NCBI GenBank assembly: GCA_016939365.1
Contig: JAFGHD010000084.1
Span: 576 to 64,575 of the forward strand
Direction: 5' to 3'
DNA length: 64,000 nucleotides
Origin: Bacteroidales bacterium
Lineage (GTDB): Bacteria; Bacteroidota; Bacteroidia; Bacteroidales; JAFGHD01
In this document: positions 54,978-64,000 of the stretch, piece after piece
How positions within the stretch are numbered: position 1 is the stretch's first letter
Layout: the number at the start of each line of letters is the position of its first letter
The notes under the pieces: generated by a model
The model's database searches: none
Seen by the model: only the letters and a program-made list of their open reading frames with translations
Told to the model about the DNA's origin: nothing
Position numbers and translations under genes: made by a program

Positions 54978-56579
54978 ATGATAAAGAGCGTTTGTTTGAT
55001 TTTGAGTGTATCTGTATTCAGCCTGATGAAACTGGCAGGCCAAACGGACAGAAGTGACTGGGACGGCGGGATGCCCGACGGTTGTACATCATTCACAGCC
55101 GGACGTCTGGCCACGGCCGACGGGTCGGTGATCACTTCACACACCGATGACAGCCACCGCACCCGTTCATGGATCAATATCGTTCCTGCAATGGATCATC
55201 TACCCGGGTCAACCGCCACGATGTACCGGCGGGATGCCTGCGACACCCTGGCCATGCCCACCTACGCACATATCCCGATCGGTGAAATACCCCAGGCATC
55301 ACATACTTATGGATTCATCAACACCGCCTATCCCTGCATGAATGAAAAGCAGCTGGCCATAGGCGAATCCACCTTTGGCGGCAGGGAGATACTTCAATCC
55401 GATGCCGGACTTATCGACTGTCAGCGCCTTTGCCGGCTGATGCTGGAACGTTGTGCCACGGCCCGTGAAGCGATTGTGCTGGCGGGAGAACTTACGGCAC
55501 AATATGGCTGGAATGATGCCGGAGAATGTCTGACGATTGCCGATAAGAAGGAGGTATGGCATTTTGAGATTCTCGGACCGGGGAAAGGCCTCGTTGGTTC
55601 CATCTGGGCGGCACAACGCGTACCTGATGATCATGTGGGCATCAATGCCAATGCGAGCACCATCAGGGAGATCGATCTGGACGATCCGGACCATTTCATG
55701 GCCTCCGAGAATATCTTCGATGTAGCCCGGGACAGTGGATGGTGGAAACCCGATGAAGAGCCTTTCCGTTTCTGCTATGCCTATGCCCCTGAAAGCAGGA
55801 CCTCCCTGGCCGCCCGCCGGAGGGAATGGCGGGTTTTCGACCTGCTGGCCCCTTCACTGAAACTCGATCCCAATTCCGAGAACTACCCCTTCTCGGTGAA
55901 ACCGGATACGCTGGTGACCCTCGATAAGCTGGTTGTTATTTTCAAGGACTATTACGAAGATACCCCCTTTGACATGACAAAGGATCTGACCGTAACGGAC
56001 GAATCCGGAAAAACCGTGATCTCCCCCCTGGCCAACCCGCACATGCCTTACGATGCCAACAAGCTCTTCAGGATCAACGGAGGATGGGGCTGGCGGGGGG
56101 AACGGACCATTGCACGGTGGTACACCATGTACGCCACCATCATCCAGTGTCGCGACTGGCTGCCGGATGAGGTGGGCGGCGTCACCTGGCTGGCCATGGA
56201 TAACGTGGCCACATCAATATACGTACCTGTCTATTGCAGTGTGACCGATCTGCCGGAACCCTACAAGACCCCGGGACGCCCCGATGGATATACCACGAAA
56301 TCGGCCTGGTGGGCCTTCAACCGCCTGGGTACCCTTGCAGCACAACGCTGGGGAGATATGCGGCATGATGTGGATGCCGTCTGGAATCCCTGGCAGCAGG
56401 AGCTGTTCAGCAAACAGACTGAGGTGGAAAAACATGCCATGGGTTTGATGCAGAGCGGCCACCGGGACGAAACGATTATGTTCCTGACAGGTTATACCGG
56501 CGAATGGGGCAGCAGGGTGGTCCAAAAAGCCTGGGAACTGGGCGATTTCCTCTGGACAAAATATGATGAATTGTTCTGA
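54978..56579 (+). CDS. C69-family dipeptidase, secreted
   Basis: The ATG at 54978 gives a signal peptide MIKSVCLILSVSVFSLMKLAGQ. Ntn-type nucleophile context GCTSFTAGRLATADGSVITSHTDD. The ORF-track frame opens at 54909. Confidence 0.85.
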   Translation: MIKSVCLILSVSVFSLMKLAGQTDRSDWDGGMPDGCTSFTAGRLATADGSVITSHTDDSHRTRSWINIVPAMDHLPGSTATMYRRDACDTLAMPTYAHIPIGEIPQASHTYGFINTAYPCMNEKQLAIGESTFGGREILQSDAGLIDCQRLCRLMLERCATAREAIVLAGELTAQYGWNDAGECLTIADKKEVWHFEILGPGKGLVGSIWAAQRVPDDHVGINANASTIREIDLDDPDHFMASENIFDVARDSGWWKPDEEPFRFCYAYAPESRTSLAARRREWRVFDLLAPSLKLDPNSENYPFSVKPDTLVTLDKLVVIFKDYYEDTPFDMTKDLTVTDESGKTVISPLANPHMPYDANKLFRINGGWGWRGERTIARWYTMYATIIQCRDWLPDEVGGVTWLAMDNVATSIYVPVYCSVTDLPEPYKTPGRPDGYTTKSAWWAFNRLGTLAAQRWGDMRHDVDAVWNPWQQELFSKQTEVEKHAMGLMQSGHRDETIMFLTGYTGEWGSRVVQKAWELGDFLWTKYDELF

Positions 56580-56595
56580 TTCAAATCAAGACGCA

Positions 56596-59256
56596 ATGAA
56601 CCGTATTATGGTATTCCTCCTGACCGTTCTGATGTGGACGGCCGGGATACAAAGCAGGCTTCCGGCTCAGGAAGCCGGATTGACCGATCCCGAAACATGG
56701 TTCGGATACCCTCCGGGCGCCGATGGGAAACTGTTTACCTATGAGGAGCTGACCGGGTACCTTCAGCATCTGGATGCAGGCTCCGGGCGGATGCTTATGC
56801 AACCCGCAGGTACCTCTCCCCTGGGCAGAACCATTTACATCTGTTTCATTTCTTCGGAAGAGAACATCAGCCGTCTGGATGAGCTGAAGGAGATCAACCG
56901 CCGGCTGGCGCTGGATCCGGAAATACCTGATCCGGAAAGGTCGCAGCTGATTGAAAACGGTCGTGTGTTCTTCCTGGCCACGCTGTCCATGCATTCCACT
57001 GAGGTCGGCCCCTCACAGTCGGCCCCGCTGATCGCATGGGACCTGGCCACGACAAAGGACCCGCAAAAGCTCGAATGGCTGGGCAATGTGGTGTACATGA
57101 TGGTACCGTGCCACAACCCGGACGGTATGGATATGATCGTGGAACATTACCGGAAATATGACGGCTCACGCCTGGAAGGTAGCTCCATGCCCGGCCTCTA
57201 TCACAAATACGTCGGGCACGACAACAATCGCGATTTCATCATCCTGAGCCAGGAGGATAACCGGGCCATCGCCCGGATATATAACCTGGACTGGTTCCCG
57301 CAGGTAATGGTCGAGAAGCACCAGATGGGCTCGCGCGGAGTACGCTACTTCGTGCCGCCGCCCCATGACCCCATCGCTGAAAACGTGGACGCAGGCATCT
57401 GGAACTGGATCGGTATATTCGGCTCCAACCTCATGACCGACATGACCGCCGACAGCCTCTCCGGCGTGGCCCAGCATTACCTCTTCGATGATTACTGGCC
57501 GGGTTCCACCGAAACCTGCATCTGGAAGAATGTGATCGGGTTCCTGACGGAATGTGCCAGTGTCCAGATCGCCCGACCGGTATATATCGAACCCAACGAA
57601 CTGGGAGCGCATGGAAAGGGACTGGCCGAATACAAGAAGAGCATCAACATGCCCGATCCCTGGCCAGGCGGCTGGTGGCGGCTGGGAGACATCATCAGTT
57701 ATGAGATCTCATCTACCCTCTCCATCATCAAAACCTCTTCCGCTAACAGGAAGGAAATCCTGGCGTTCCGGAATGACCTGTGCCGGAAAGAGGTACAGAA
57801 AGGAATGTCTAAGCCTCCGTTTTATTATGTCCTGCCGGAAGACCAGCATGATCCGGGCGAATGGGCAGGCATCGTCAACCTGCTGATGGAACACGGCGTA
57901 CGCTGTTACCGTCTGGAACGGGAGATCAGGAACGGGGGACAACTTTTCATGCCCGGGGATATCGTAATCCCCCTGGCACAGCCGTTCCGGGCATTCATCA
58001 AGGAGGTGCTTGAAACCCAGGTATTCCCCCTGAGACACTATACCCCGGGAGGCGAGATCATCAGACCTTACGACATCACCAGCTGGTCGCTTCCACTCCA
58101 CCGTGGCGTTGATGTAAAAGAGATCAATACCAGATTGCCGGACCTGGAATCGTCATGTACGGAGATTACCGGATCGTTCCGTCTCAGTCCGGGAAACGAA
58201 GGGGAATTTGCAGTTGCGATCTTCTCCTCCCGGATCAACGAAAGCTATAAGGCAGCCTTCATGGCCTCCGGAATGGGCTTGAAGGTGGAACGCATCCCCT
58301 GGGAAATAACAACCGGTGAGAAGTCCATTCCTGCCGGCAGTTTCCTGGTATACCCCGGTGAAGGCTGGGATGAACTGGCCGGACGGCTGACCGTTGCACC
58401 GCATTATCTCAGCGAAGTGCCTGAAGTAGATAAAGTTTCCTTCAATGTGCCGCGGATCGCACTGGTGGAATCCTGGTTTCATGATATGGATGCCGGATGG
58501 GCAAGGTATGTCCTCGACCAGTATCACATCCCGTTCACCATGCTCAGGCCTGCTGACCTGGAAAAGGAAACCCTTGCAGGCCGGTTTGACGTGATCATCT
58601 TTCCTGACGAGGATAAATCGGTATTGACCGAAGGAAGGTACAAATCGGACGGAGAATATTACATCTCAAGCTACCCCCCCGAGTACGCCAAAGGGATGGG
58701 GAAAAAGGGCATGGAACAGCTGATGGATTTCCTTGACCGTGAAGGCATCATTGTTTCCTGGGGCCAGTCTGTGGAGCTGTTCGACCAGAACCTGGCCATC
58801 ACCAGGGGAACACCTGAGAAAGGGAAAGAGGCGGAAACGGAGAAGGAGGAGTTCAGGCTGCCGTTCCGTGTGATTTCGGAGCGCCTCAGCAAGCAGGGAC
58901 TATACTGTCCCGGTTCCCTCGTGCGTGTCAGGCTTCGCACGGATCATCCACTCACCTACGGGATGCCGGAGGAGACAGGCGTCTTTTTCCGAGGCCGGGA
59001 AGTCTTTTCCACATCCGTCCCGGATTTCGACATGGACCGTAGGGTGATCGCCCGTTTCCCGGAAAAGGACATCCTGATGAGCGGCTATTGTGAAAAGGAA
59101 GAGCTACTGTCGGACAAAACCGTCATGGTATGGCTCAGAAAAGGGCAGGGACAACTTGTCCTCTTCGGGTTCAGCCCCCAGTTCCGGGCCTCCACGCAGG
59201 CCACCTACAAGCTGCTGTTCAACGCGCTGCTGCTGGGCCCGGTTGAAATCAGGTGA
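56596..59256 (+). CDS. M14-family zinc carboxypeptidase-like protein with a large C-terminal extension
   Basis: The ATG at 56596 gives a signal peptide MNRIMVFLLTVLMWTAG. HSTE zinc motif (LSMHSTEVG), NPDGMD and the later EKHQMG block. About 890 aa. Confidence 0.8.
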   Translation: MNRIMVFLLTVLMWTAGIQSRLPAQEAGLTDPETWFGYPPGADGKLFTYEELTGYLQHLDAGSGRMLMQPAGTSPLGRTIYICFISSEENISRLDELKEINRRLALDPEIPDPERSQLIENGRVFFLATLSMHSTEVGPSQSAPLIAWDLATTKDPQKLEWLGNVVYMMVPCHNPDGMDMIVEHYRKYDGSRLEGSSMPGLYHKYVGHDNNRDFIILSQEDNRAIARIYNLDWFPQVMVEKHQMGSRGVRYFVPPPHDPIAENVDAGIWNWIGIFGSNLMTDMTADSLSGVAQHYLFDDYWPGSTETCIWKNVIGFLTECASVQIARPVYIEPNELGAHGKGLAEYKKSINMPDPWPGGWWRLGDIISYEISSTLSIIKTSSANRKEILAFRNDLCRKEVQKGMSKPPFYYVLPEDQHDPGEWAGIVNLLMEHGVRCYRLEREIRNGGQLFMPGDIVIPLAQPFRAFIKEVLETQVFPLRHYTPGGEIIRPYDITSWSLPLHRGVDVKEINTRLPDLESSCTEITGSFRLSPGNEGEFAVAIFSSRINESYKAAFMASGMGLKVERIPWEITTGEKSIPAGSFLVYPGEGWDELAGRLTVAPHYLSEVPEVDKVSFNVPRIALVESWFHDMDAGWARYVLDQYHIPFTMLRPADLEKETLAGRFDVIIFPDEDKSVLTEGRYKSDGEYYISSYPPEYAKGMGKKGMEQLMDFLDREGIIVSWGQSVELFDQNLAITRGTPEKGKEAETEKEEFRLPFRVISERLSKQGLYCPGSLVRVRLRTDHPLTYGMPEETGVFFRGREVFSTSVPDFDMDRRVIARFPEKDILMSGYCEKEELLSDKTVMVWLRKGQGQLVLFGFSPQFRASTQATYKLLFNALLLGPVEIR

Positions 59257-59296
59257 ACATCGGTTCCCCAGGATTGTTCTCCTGTGAAACAGTCTG

Positions 59297-60457
59297 GTGA
59301 TGAAGGGATTTCAGTTTGCGATCTTCCTTTCGGTAGTGCTGCTGGTGTACTACCTGGTCAACCTTTATATCTGCCACCGGGGCCTGCAGGCCCTGCCTGA
59401 CGGATCTCCGATGCGCCCGTGGTTCAGGGCGGTTTTTCTGACACTCGCATTTTCCTATCCGGCCGCACGGATTCTGGAGCGCATCTGGCTTTCACCGGTC
59501 AGCGATGTACTGACGTGGGTGGGCTCCTTCTGGCTGGGGGCCATGCTCTATTTCTTCCTGATCGTCCTTGCCATTGACCTGGTCCGGGCAATTGATTTTT
59601 TCATACCTTTCATTCCGGGGGCCCTGCGACCCGATGAGGCATTACGAACCTATCTGTTGTTTGGTGCTGTCGCCCTTACGTTCACGGTGCTTCTGGCCGG
59701 TCATATCAATGCCGTCCGGCCTCAGGTGCGGCATCTGGCGCTGACCGTGAACAAGCCCCTGGTGGCTCGTGAGACACTCCGCCTAGCCATGGTTTCCGAC
59801 ATCCATATGGGAACCCTGGTCGGCCCGCGGAGGACAGCCCGGATGGTGCGGGACATCAATGCCCTGGAACCCGACCTGATCCTTTTAGCCGGGGATATCG
59901 TAGATGAGGATCTCGCTCCGGTCCTGCGGTTCAACCTGGGGGAGTCCCTCAGGAAACTGAAAGCCCACATGGGCGTTTACGGCATTACCGGCAACCACGA
60001 GTATATCGGAGGGGCTGAGGCTGCCTGCCGGTACCTGGAAGAGCACGGCGTCACGATGTTGCGCGACTCGGCCGTTCTCGCCGATGGATGGCTTTATATC
60101 GCCGGCAGGGAGGACCGTGACAAACCCAGGTTTTCAGGCATGCCCAGGGTCTCCCTCGATACCCTGCTGAAGGACATCGACTTCAGCCGCCCGGTGATCC
60201 TGATGGACCACCAGCCCTTCCACCTCGACAAGACCGCCCGTTTCCCCGTCGACCTTTCCCTTTCCGGACATACCCATCACGGACAGATGTGGCCGTTGAA
60301 TTACATCACCAGGGCTATATATGAAATTTCCCGGGGATACAGGAAAATCCGGAACACGCATGCCTATGTCTCCAGCGGTTATGGCACATGGGGACCTCCG
60401 GTCAGAACAGGAAACCGGCCGGAAATCGTATTAATTGAGTTGAGGTTTGTCCGGTAA
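59297..60457 (+). CDS. membrane-anchored metallophosphoesterase (calcineurin-like, YkuE-type)
   Basis: 386 aa. Four N-terminal TM helices. VSDIHMG, GDIVD, GNHE and GHTHHGQ motifs. GTG at 59297 or ATG at 59300. Confidence 0.88.
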   Translation: MMKGFQFAIFLSVVLLVYYLVNLYICHRGLQALPDGSPMRPWFRAVFLTLAFSYPAARILERIWLSPVSDVLTWVGSFWLGAMLYFFLIVLAIDLVRAIDFFIPFIPGALRPDEALRTYLLFGAVALTFTVLLAGHINAVRPQVRHLALTVNKPLVARETLRLAMVSDIHMGTLVGPRRTARMVRDINALEPDLILLAGDIVDEDLAPVLRFNLGESLRKLKAHMGVYGITGNHEYIGGAEAACRYLEEHGVTMLRDSAVLADGWLYIAGREDRDKPRFSGMPRVSLDTLLKDIDFSRPVILMDHQPFHLDKTARFPVDLSLSGHTHHGQMWPLNYITRAIYEISRGYRKIRNTHAYVSSGYGTWGPPVRTGNRPEIVLIELRFVR

Positions 60458-60574
60458 TATCTTGTCCTGGCTATCGTTTCCTACTGCGTAATATATGGAT
60501 CATAGACAGGTAGACTCCGTATTCGTATGAAATGGGTACCTGCCGCTGTGATCCAAACGGATAATGAAGCGAAA

Positions 60575-60979
60575 TCAAACCGCATCATTAAAGTCTCTCC
60601 GGCCCAGCCGGGTGACGGTCTTATGGTATGTGTCGGTGGTCTCGATGAACGATGTATGTTCCTGCCGGATCAGCAGGAAAAGTTCCCCATCTTCCTGCTT
60701 CATTGTATCGTGTGGTGCTCCTCCCCTTTTTTTCTGATTGCTGAGGATCACCTGGTATGCCTCCTCACTGAGCAGAAGAATCTCTTTCCATGGATGGTAC
60801 TGAAGCGGATACATGTCATCTTCCAATACCTCGGGTACGGACATTCCCTCCGACCGGACCAGGAAATAGCTGATCCGGGGAGGCTCCCAGGGATATGGTC
60901 TGCAGGGGCACCATTTGGGCGGGATCGGGTATTCCTTTCCGCATAAAGGGCATATGTAAGGATGCGGTTGCTCCGTCAT
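60575..60979 (-). CDS. hypothetical protein with an N-terminal Cys-rich (zinc-ribbon-like) segment
   Basis: 134 aa. ATG at 60979, 24 nt after the upstream stop. CPLCGKEYPIPPKWCPC motif. Its composition is more protein-like than the mirror ORF on the plus strand. Confidence 0.5.
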   Translation of the reverse strand: MTEQPHPYICPLCGKEYPIPPKWCPCRPYPWEPPRISYFLVRSEGMSVPEVLEDDMYPLQYHPWKEILLLSEEAYQVILSNQKKRGGAPHDTMKQEDGELFLLIRQEHTSFIETTDTYHKTVTRLGRRDFNDAV

Positions 60980-61003
60980 GACGATCGGTTGTGGGGTCCT
61001 GTA

Positions 61004-62059
61004 CTAGTGGAGGAATTCATTCAGCAGGTCAGGGATTTTGTACCGGTTGTCAATCACCATCCTGGCGGTGAAATTTCCGAAGTTCCCATGCTGGACTATG
61101 ATTACCCCGAAATTATGCCCCAGTTTCTCCAGTTCATCCTGGGTATATTCATTTTCCGACGAAACCACAAGGAACCGGTCTTTCATCAGCTGGGCCGACC
61201 AGGCTTCCGGAATTTCATCGGTCACTTCCGTGGTGGATGGAAAAATGTTCCGGTATGCTTCCATGAACTTCTCCCCCGGGTCCTGGTCATGACCGATGAA
61301 GATCATGCCGCCGGGATCTGCCCAGATGAGGTGTGCGGCCACAGGCTCCTGTTGCAACGCCATGTAGCAGTTGGTCATGGCCGGATAGAGCGGGCAGGCG
61401 TACAGGGTGGCCTGGTTATCGGTCCGGATGTTGCGGCCCGGCTCCGGGCCGGTGTCCCAGTAAGGATCGTTGACGATCTGGTCCGGGCCGAGCACTTCGA
61501 AGCGGACATCATATTTCCGGAATTCCCCGGTGATTGAGTCCAGGAAACGGATCAGCTTCTGTTGCCTCAGGGCCACCTGGTCCAGGATTTGCATCACCTC
61601 CTCTTCCGTGATATTGATGCCGCCTTTCATGGTGCGGAAGTATGCCTGGCAGCATTCGCGGGCCTGCCGGCGGAGTTCCTCCGGAATCGCCGTGTTGCCG
61701 GCCGCGCAGCGGCCGGCAACCTCCGCGAAAATGTCGCGGAGACAAGCCCGGAAAACCGATTCGGCTTCCCGTACATAATCACCCGTGGCCTCCCGGCCTC
61801 CGGTGATCCGCTGATCCTCATGTCTTCTTTCCGCTTCCATCACAGATTTGCCTGGACGGCAATCCGTTAACAAAGATAATATCACAATACATCCGAGAGA
61901 GATACGGATAAAATTTCGCCCGGGAAATGAACCGGCTGCCGTCACACTTTTATTATTGACAGAAAGCTTGACTGATCGTTTCCTTTTCAAAAATAGGCAT
62001 TCCTTCAACAAAATGGCACGGAAATGTGATCCGGGAAACAGTGGTCCCAGGGATTTCAA
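61004..62059 (-). CDS. hypothetical protein, probably membrane-anchored or lipoprotein; start uncertain
   Basis: 351-aa frame opening at TTG 62059. A hydrophobic segment ISLGCIVILSLLTDC lies about 55 aa in. An in-frame GTG at 61945 would give a normal signal sequence. No motif recognised. Confidence 0.55.
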   Translation of the reverse strand: MKSLGPLFPGSHFRAILLKECLFLKRKRSVKLSVNNKSVTAAGSFPGRNFIRISLGCIVILSLLTDCRPGKSVMEAERRHEDQRITGGREATGDYVREAESVFRACLRDIFAEVAGRCAAGNTAIPEELRRQARECCQAYFRTMKGGINITEEEVMQILDQVALRQQKLIRFLDSITGEFRKYDVRFEVLGPDQIVNDPYWDTGPEPGRNIRTDNQATLYACPLYPAMTNCYMALQQEPVAAHLIWADPGGMIFIGHDQDPGEKFMEAYRNIFPSTTEVTDEIPEAWSAQLMKDRFLVVSSENEYTQDELEKLGHNFGVIIVQHGNFGNFTARMVIDNRYKIPDLLNEFLH

Positions 62060-62126
62060 TAATTACAAAGTGTCCGGAAAGGAAGTGCGAGTCAAATGGA
62101 TATACCGCAAGCATTCAAGCCAGGGA

Positions 62127-62157
62127 CAAAAAATGGAAAAAGCACCTGAAAGGCGCT
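62127..62157 (-). terminator. intrinsic terminator-like hairpin after the C10 peptidase gene
   Basis: On the minus strand, AGCGCC-TTTCA-GGTGCT (6 bp with one G-U) is followed by TTTTCCATTTTTTG. It starts 2 nt after the stop codon. Confidence 0.5.
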
Positions 62158-62158
62158 G

Positions 62159-64000
62159 TTACTGTTGCACCACCACCCTATGGGTGACGGTTCCGGCATC
62201 TCCGGTGACCTGCAACAGGTAGCTTCCCGGTGTTAAGCCTTCCAGCCCGAGTTCCAGTGTGTTCCGGCCATCCTCAACTTTGCGTGATTCTGATAACAGG
62301 AGTTCTCCCGACAGAGAGAACAGCCTGATATCGGTCTGTCCTGAGGAAATGCTTCCCGTTTCAATGTACAGTCTGTCCGTGGCAGGATTGGGATACACAC
62401 TGCAGCCATCCCCTGTATAGCCGGTTGGGTTTGTGATTCCTGTGGAAGTGGTGGAATAGTGGGCGCTCCAGCCTGTCGCTGTGACGCTGGAATTGGTCGC
62501 AAAGGCAACGAACATCTTGCCGCTGCCGGCGGTTACCGGTTCAGGCAGTGCATCCGGAGGGAAGGATCCAGAGTATTCCGCCAGCAACTCCTGTGTTTCG
62601 AAGTCATAGATCAGCACCCGGTCATGATCCTGTTCCGTATTGAAGTGGGTGAATTGCAGGGTGACATGATCCGCACCGGGAGGCAGTATCTCCCAGAAGC
62701 ACACCGTGCTGTTGTGGTAATTGAAGCTGCCGCTGCCATCGGTGAACGAGCCTTCATTTCCTTCCATGATGACCACGCCCTGGCAGAAGTCCGCCGCCTC
62801 ACCGGTGTATTCCAGGAGCCATCCGTTGGCTGTTCCGCTGCCGTCGGATATAAATTCGATAAGCGCCTGATCGTTCGTAGAGGTGATGGCTGCCGGCAAC
62901 TGGTTACCCGAAAAGACCGCCAGCACAGGACTCTGTGCCGTCGGGCCGTCGTATATCGTCAGCTTGTCGCCTGCTTGGGTGTCGAACCGCTCGAACCGGA
63001 ATTTGATGCCGCTGATGGAGTCGCCGCTGCCCTGCAGGTCGATCAGCCAGGTGCAGGAGGCATTGTCTTCGTATGGCGCAACGGGGCCGCTGCCGTCCTC
63101 GATGGAGCCGCGTTTCAGGGTCAGGACATGGTTGCCGCTGCAGTAATAGGGGTATCCCGATCCTGGGTAGGTGTCTAACACCGCGCCCTGGCCGTCGTTG
63201 AACCCGGCCACGGTCAGCAGGGTGTAATAGCCGTCGGACGACCCGCCCCAGCCGAAGTTGAAATGAAAATAGTCGTCCTGGTAGCCGTCGCATACAAAGG
63301 CGTGGCCGCCGGAGCTGCTGTAACCTGAGTAATACATCGGCCAGCCGTTGTCGAGGTTGTTCTTCAGCATGTTGATCCACTCGCTGTTGGTGTGGTCGTC
63401 TTTCCAGGTGTAGTAGCAATCGGTGTCGTATCCGAAGAAGTTTTCCAGAGCCTGCGGCACATCGGAGCTGTAGGCTCCGGAGCCGTTCGGGCCGTACATC
63501 ATGTCCACCCCCACCCCGCAGTGGAACTGCAGCTCGGCGATCGGGACAGGATCATCATATGTAATGGAATGTTGCATACCCTCCCACTGGTAGCTGGTGG
63601 CGCCGAAGTTGGCCGAAATGTTGCCGTAGGGGGGATAATAGTAAGAGTGGCTGCCCGTGCCCTGAAGCGGATAGCGCCAGTAATACATCACCTGCGACAT
63701 CGCCGTGGCCACGCAACCGGCATATACATGTCCGCCCGGTCCGGCCGGATCGGCGGGACACATCACATTGTAAGGCGCGCCCTGGTTCCACTGGCAGGGT
63801 ACCAGCGGAGCCACTGATTTACCGGATGATTCCGCTGCAGGCGGCGTGTATCCCTCGTTGAGGTAATATGACCACATTTCACCGGTCTCTGTGGCCTGCG
63901 CTATCTGGTTTAACCGGATGTATTCCACAGCATCGCAGTAAGTCTGCATGAAGTTCCGGTATGAATCGGGCTGGTTGTCATCCTGATATGTGCCTGTAAC
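62159..64000 (-). CDS. C10-family (streptopain/SpeB-like) cysteine peptidase with tandem CUB-like domains and a T9SS C-terminal sorting domain; 5' end outside the window
   Basis: Catalytic Cys block YAGCVATAMSQVMYYW. His block SSGGHAFVCDGY. FGWGGSSDGYY. Two CUB-like modules (CTWLI...LTIYDG...FISDGSG..NGWLLEY and CFWEI...VLIYDF...ATGWSAHY). CTD CSVYPNPATDRLYIE...GSYLLQVTGDAGTVTHRVVVQQ. The frame stays open from the listed Met at 63949 to the window edge. Confidence 0.9.
   Translation of the reverse strand, partial: VTGTYQDDNQPDSYRNFMQTYCDAVEYIRLNQIAQATETGEMWSYYLNEGYTPPAAESSGKSVAPLVPCQWNQGAPYNVMCPADPAGPGGHVYAGCVATAMSQVMYYWRYPLQGTGSHSYYYPPYGNISANFGATSYQWEGMQHSITYDDPVPIAELQFHCGVGVDMMYGPNGSGAYSSDVPQALENFFGYDTDCYYTWKDDHTNSEWINMLKNNLDNGWPMYYSGYSSSGGHAFVCDGYQDDYFHFNFGWGGSSDGYYTLLTVAGFNDGQGAVLDTYPGSGYPYYCSGNHVLTLKRGSIEDGSGPVAPYEDNASCTWLIDLQGSGDSISGIKFRFERFDTQAGDKLTIYDGPTAQSPVLAVFSGNQLPAAITSTNDQALIEFISDGSGTANGWLLEYTGEAADFCQGVVIMEGNEGSFTDGSGSFNYHNSTVCFWEILPPGADHVTLQFTHFNTEQDHDRVLIYDFETQELLAEYSGSFPPDALPEPVTAGSGKMFVAFATNSSVTATGWSAHYSTTSTGITNPTGYTGDGCSVYPNPATDRLYIETGSISSGQTDIRLFSLSGELLLSESRKVEDGRNTLELGLEGLTPGSYLLQVTGDAGTVTHRVVVQQ

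Noticed and set aside
60527-60946. 139-aa plus-strand ORF mirroring the 134-aa minus-strand ORF
   Set aside because: The minus-strand product has a more protein-like composition, an ATG start 24 nt after the upstream gene's stop, and a Cys-rich motif. The choice is still only moderately confident and is flagged in the findings.
1-64000. Scan for CRISPR arrays, rRNA or tRNA genes, transposases, integrases, phage genes, and toxin or defence signatures
   Set aside because: I recognised no regularly spaced repeats, no rRNA or tRNA-like structures, and no DDE, tyrosine-recombinase, serine-recombinase, reverse-transcriptase or nuclease/ATPase defence motifs in any ORF. The window appears to be core chromosome rather than a mobile island.

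Overview
This window looks like ordinary chromosomal DNA from a Bacteroidota-type (FCB group) bacterium. The evidence is three proteins with type IX secretion (T9SS) C-terminal sorting domains, a PorV/PorQ-family barrel, CarboxypepD_reg/TonB-dependent-receptor architecture, TAnnTTTG-type -7 boxes and absent Shine-Dalgarno spacing. Coding density is high, with about 45 genes. Housekeeping genes are ruvC, topA, a class A PBP, cinA, pheS, tdk, rsmI, greA and purF. Secreted and periplasmic peptidases are unusually dense: M1, a papain-like C1 T9SS cargo, M28, C69, M14 and a C10 T9SS cargo. An envelope-glycan modification island at 13.2-20.6 kb holds an MBOAT with an AlgJ/SGNH-like partner, a UPF0104 flippase-like protein, a GtrB/ArnC-like GT2 and a possible GT-C. 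A second GT2/UPF0104 pair sits at 2.5-4.8 kb. There are two sensor kinases. I could not recognise any rRNA, tRNA, CRISPR array, transposase, integrase or phage gene. The most interesting region is a co-directional block of about 14 kb (37.3-51.8 kb). It encodes a beta-propeller LytS-type kinase and a LytTR regulator, followed by a perfect 13-nt direct repeat at 21-nt periodicity, which is the classic geometry of a LytTR operator. Downstream come a tiny bitopic protein, a 1239-aa TonB-dependent-receptor-like barrel with no SusD partner, a 1505-aa orphan T9SS cargo with no recognisable catalytic motif, and a dedicated PorV/PorQ paralog. A strong intrinsic terminator closes the block. Other points worth a second look are listed here.
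- A roughly 110-nt rod-like hairpin in a divergent intergenic region.
- A degenerate ~40-aa module shared by two otherwise unrelated envelope enzymes.
- An orphan umuD behind an AT-rich spacer that ends in a terminator.
- An arginase-fold protein with substituted metal ligands.
- An uncharacterised two-gene cassette at 60.6-62.1 kb.
All functional calls come from reading motifs by eye. No database search was run.
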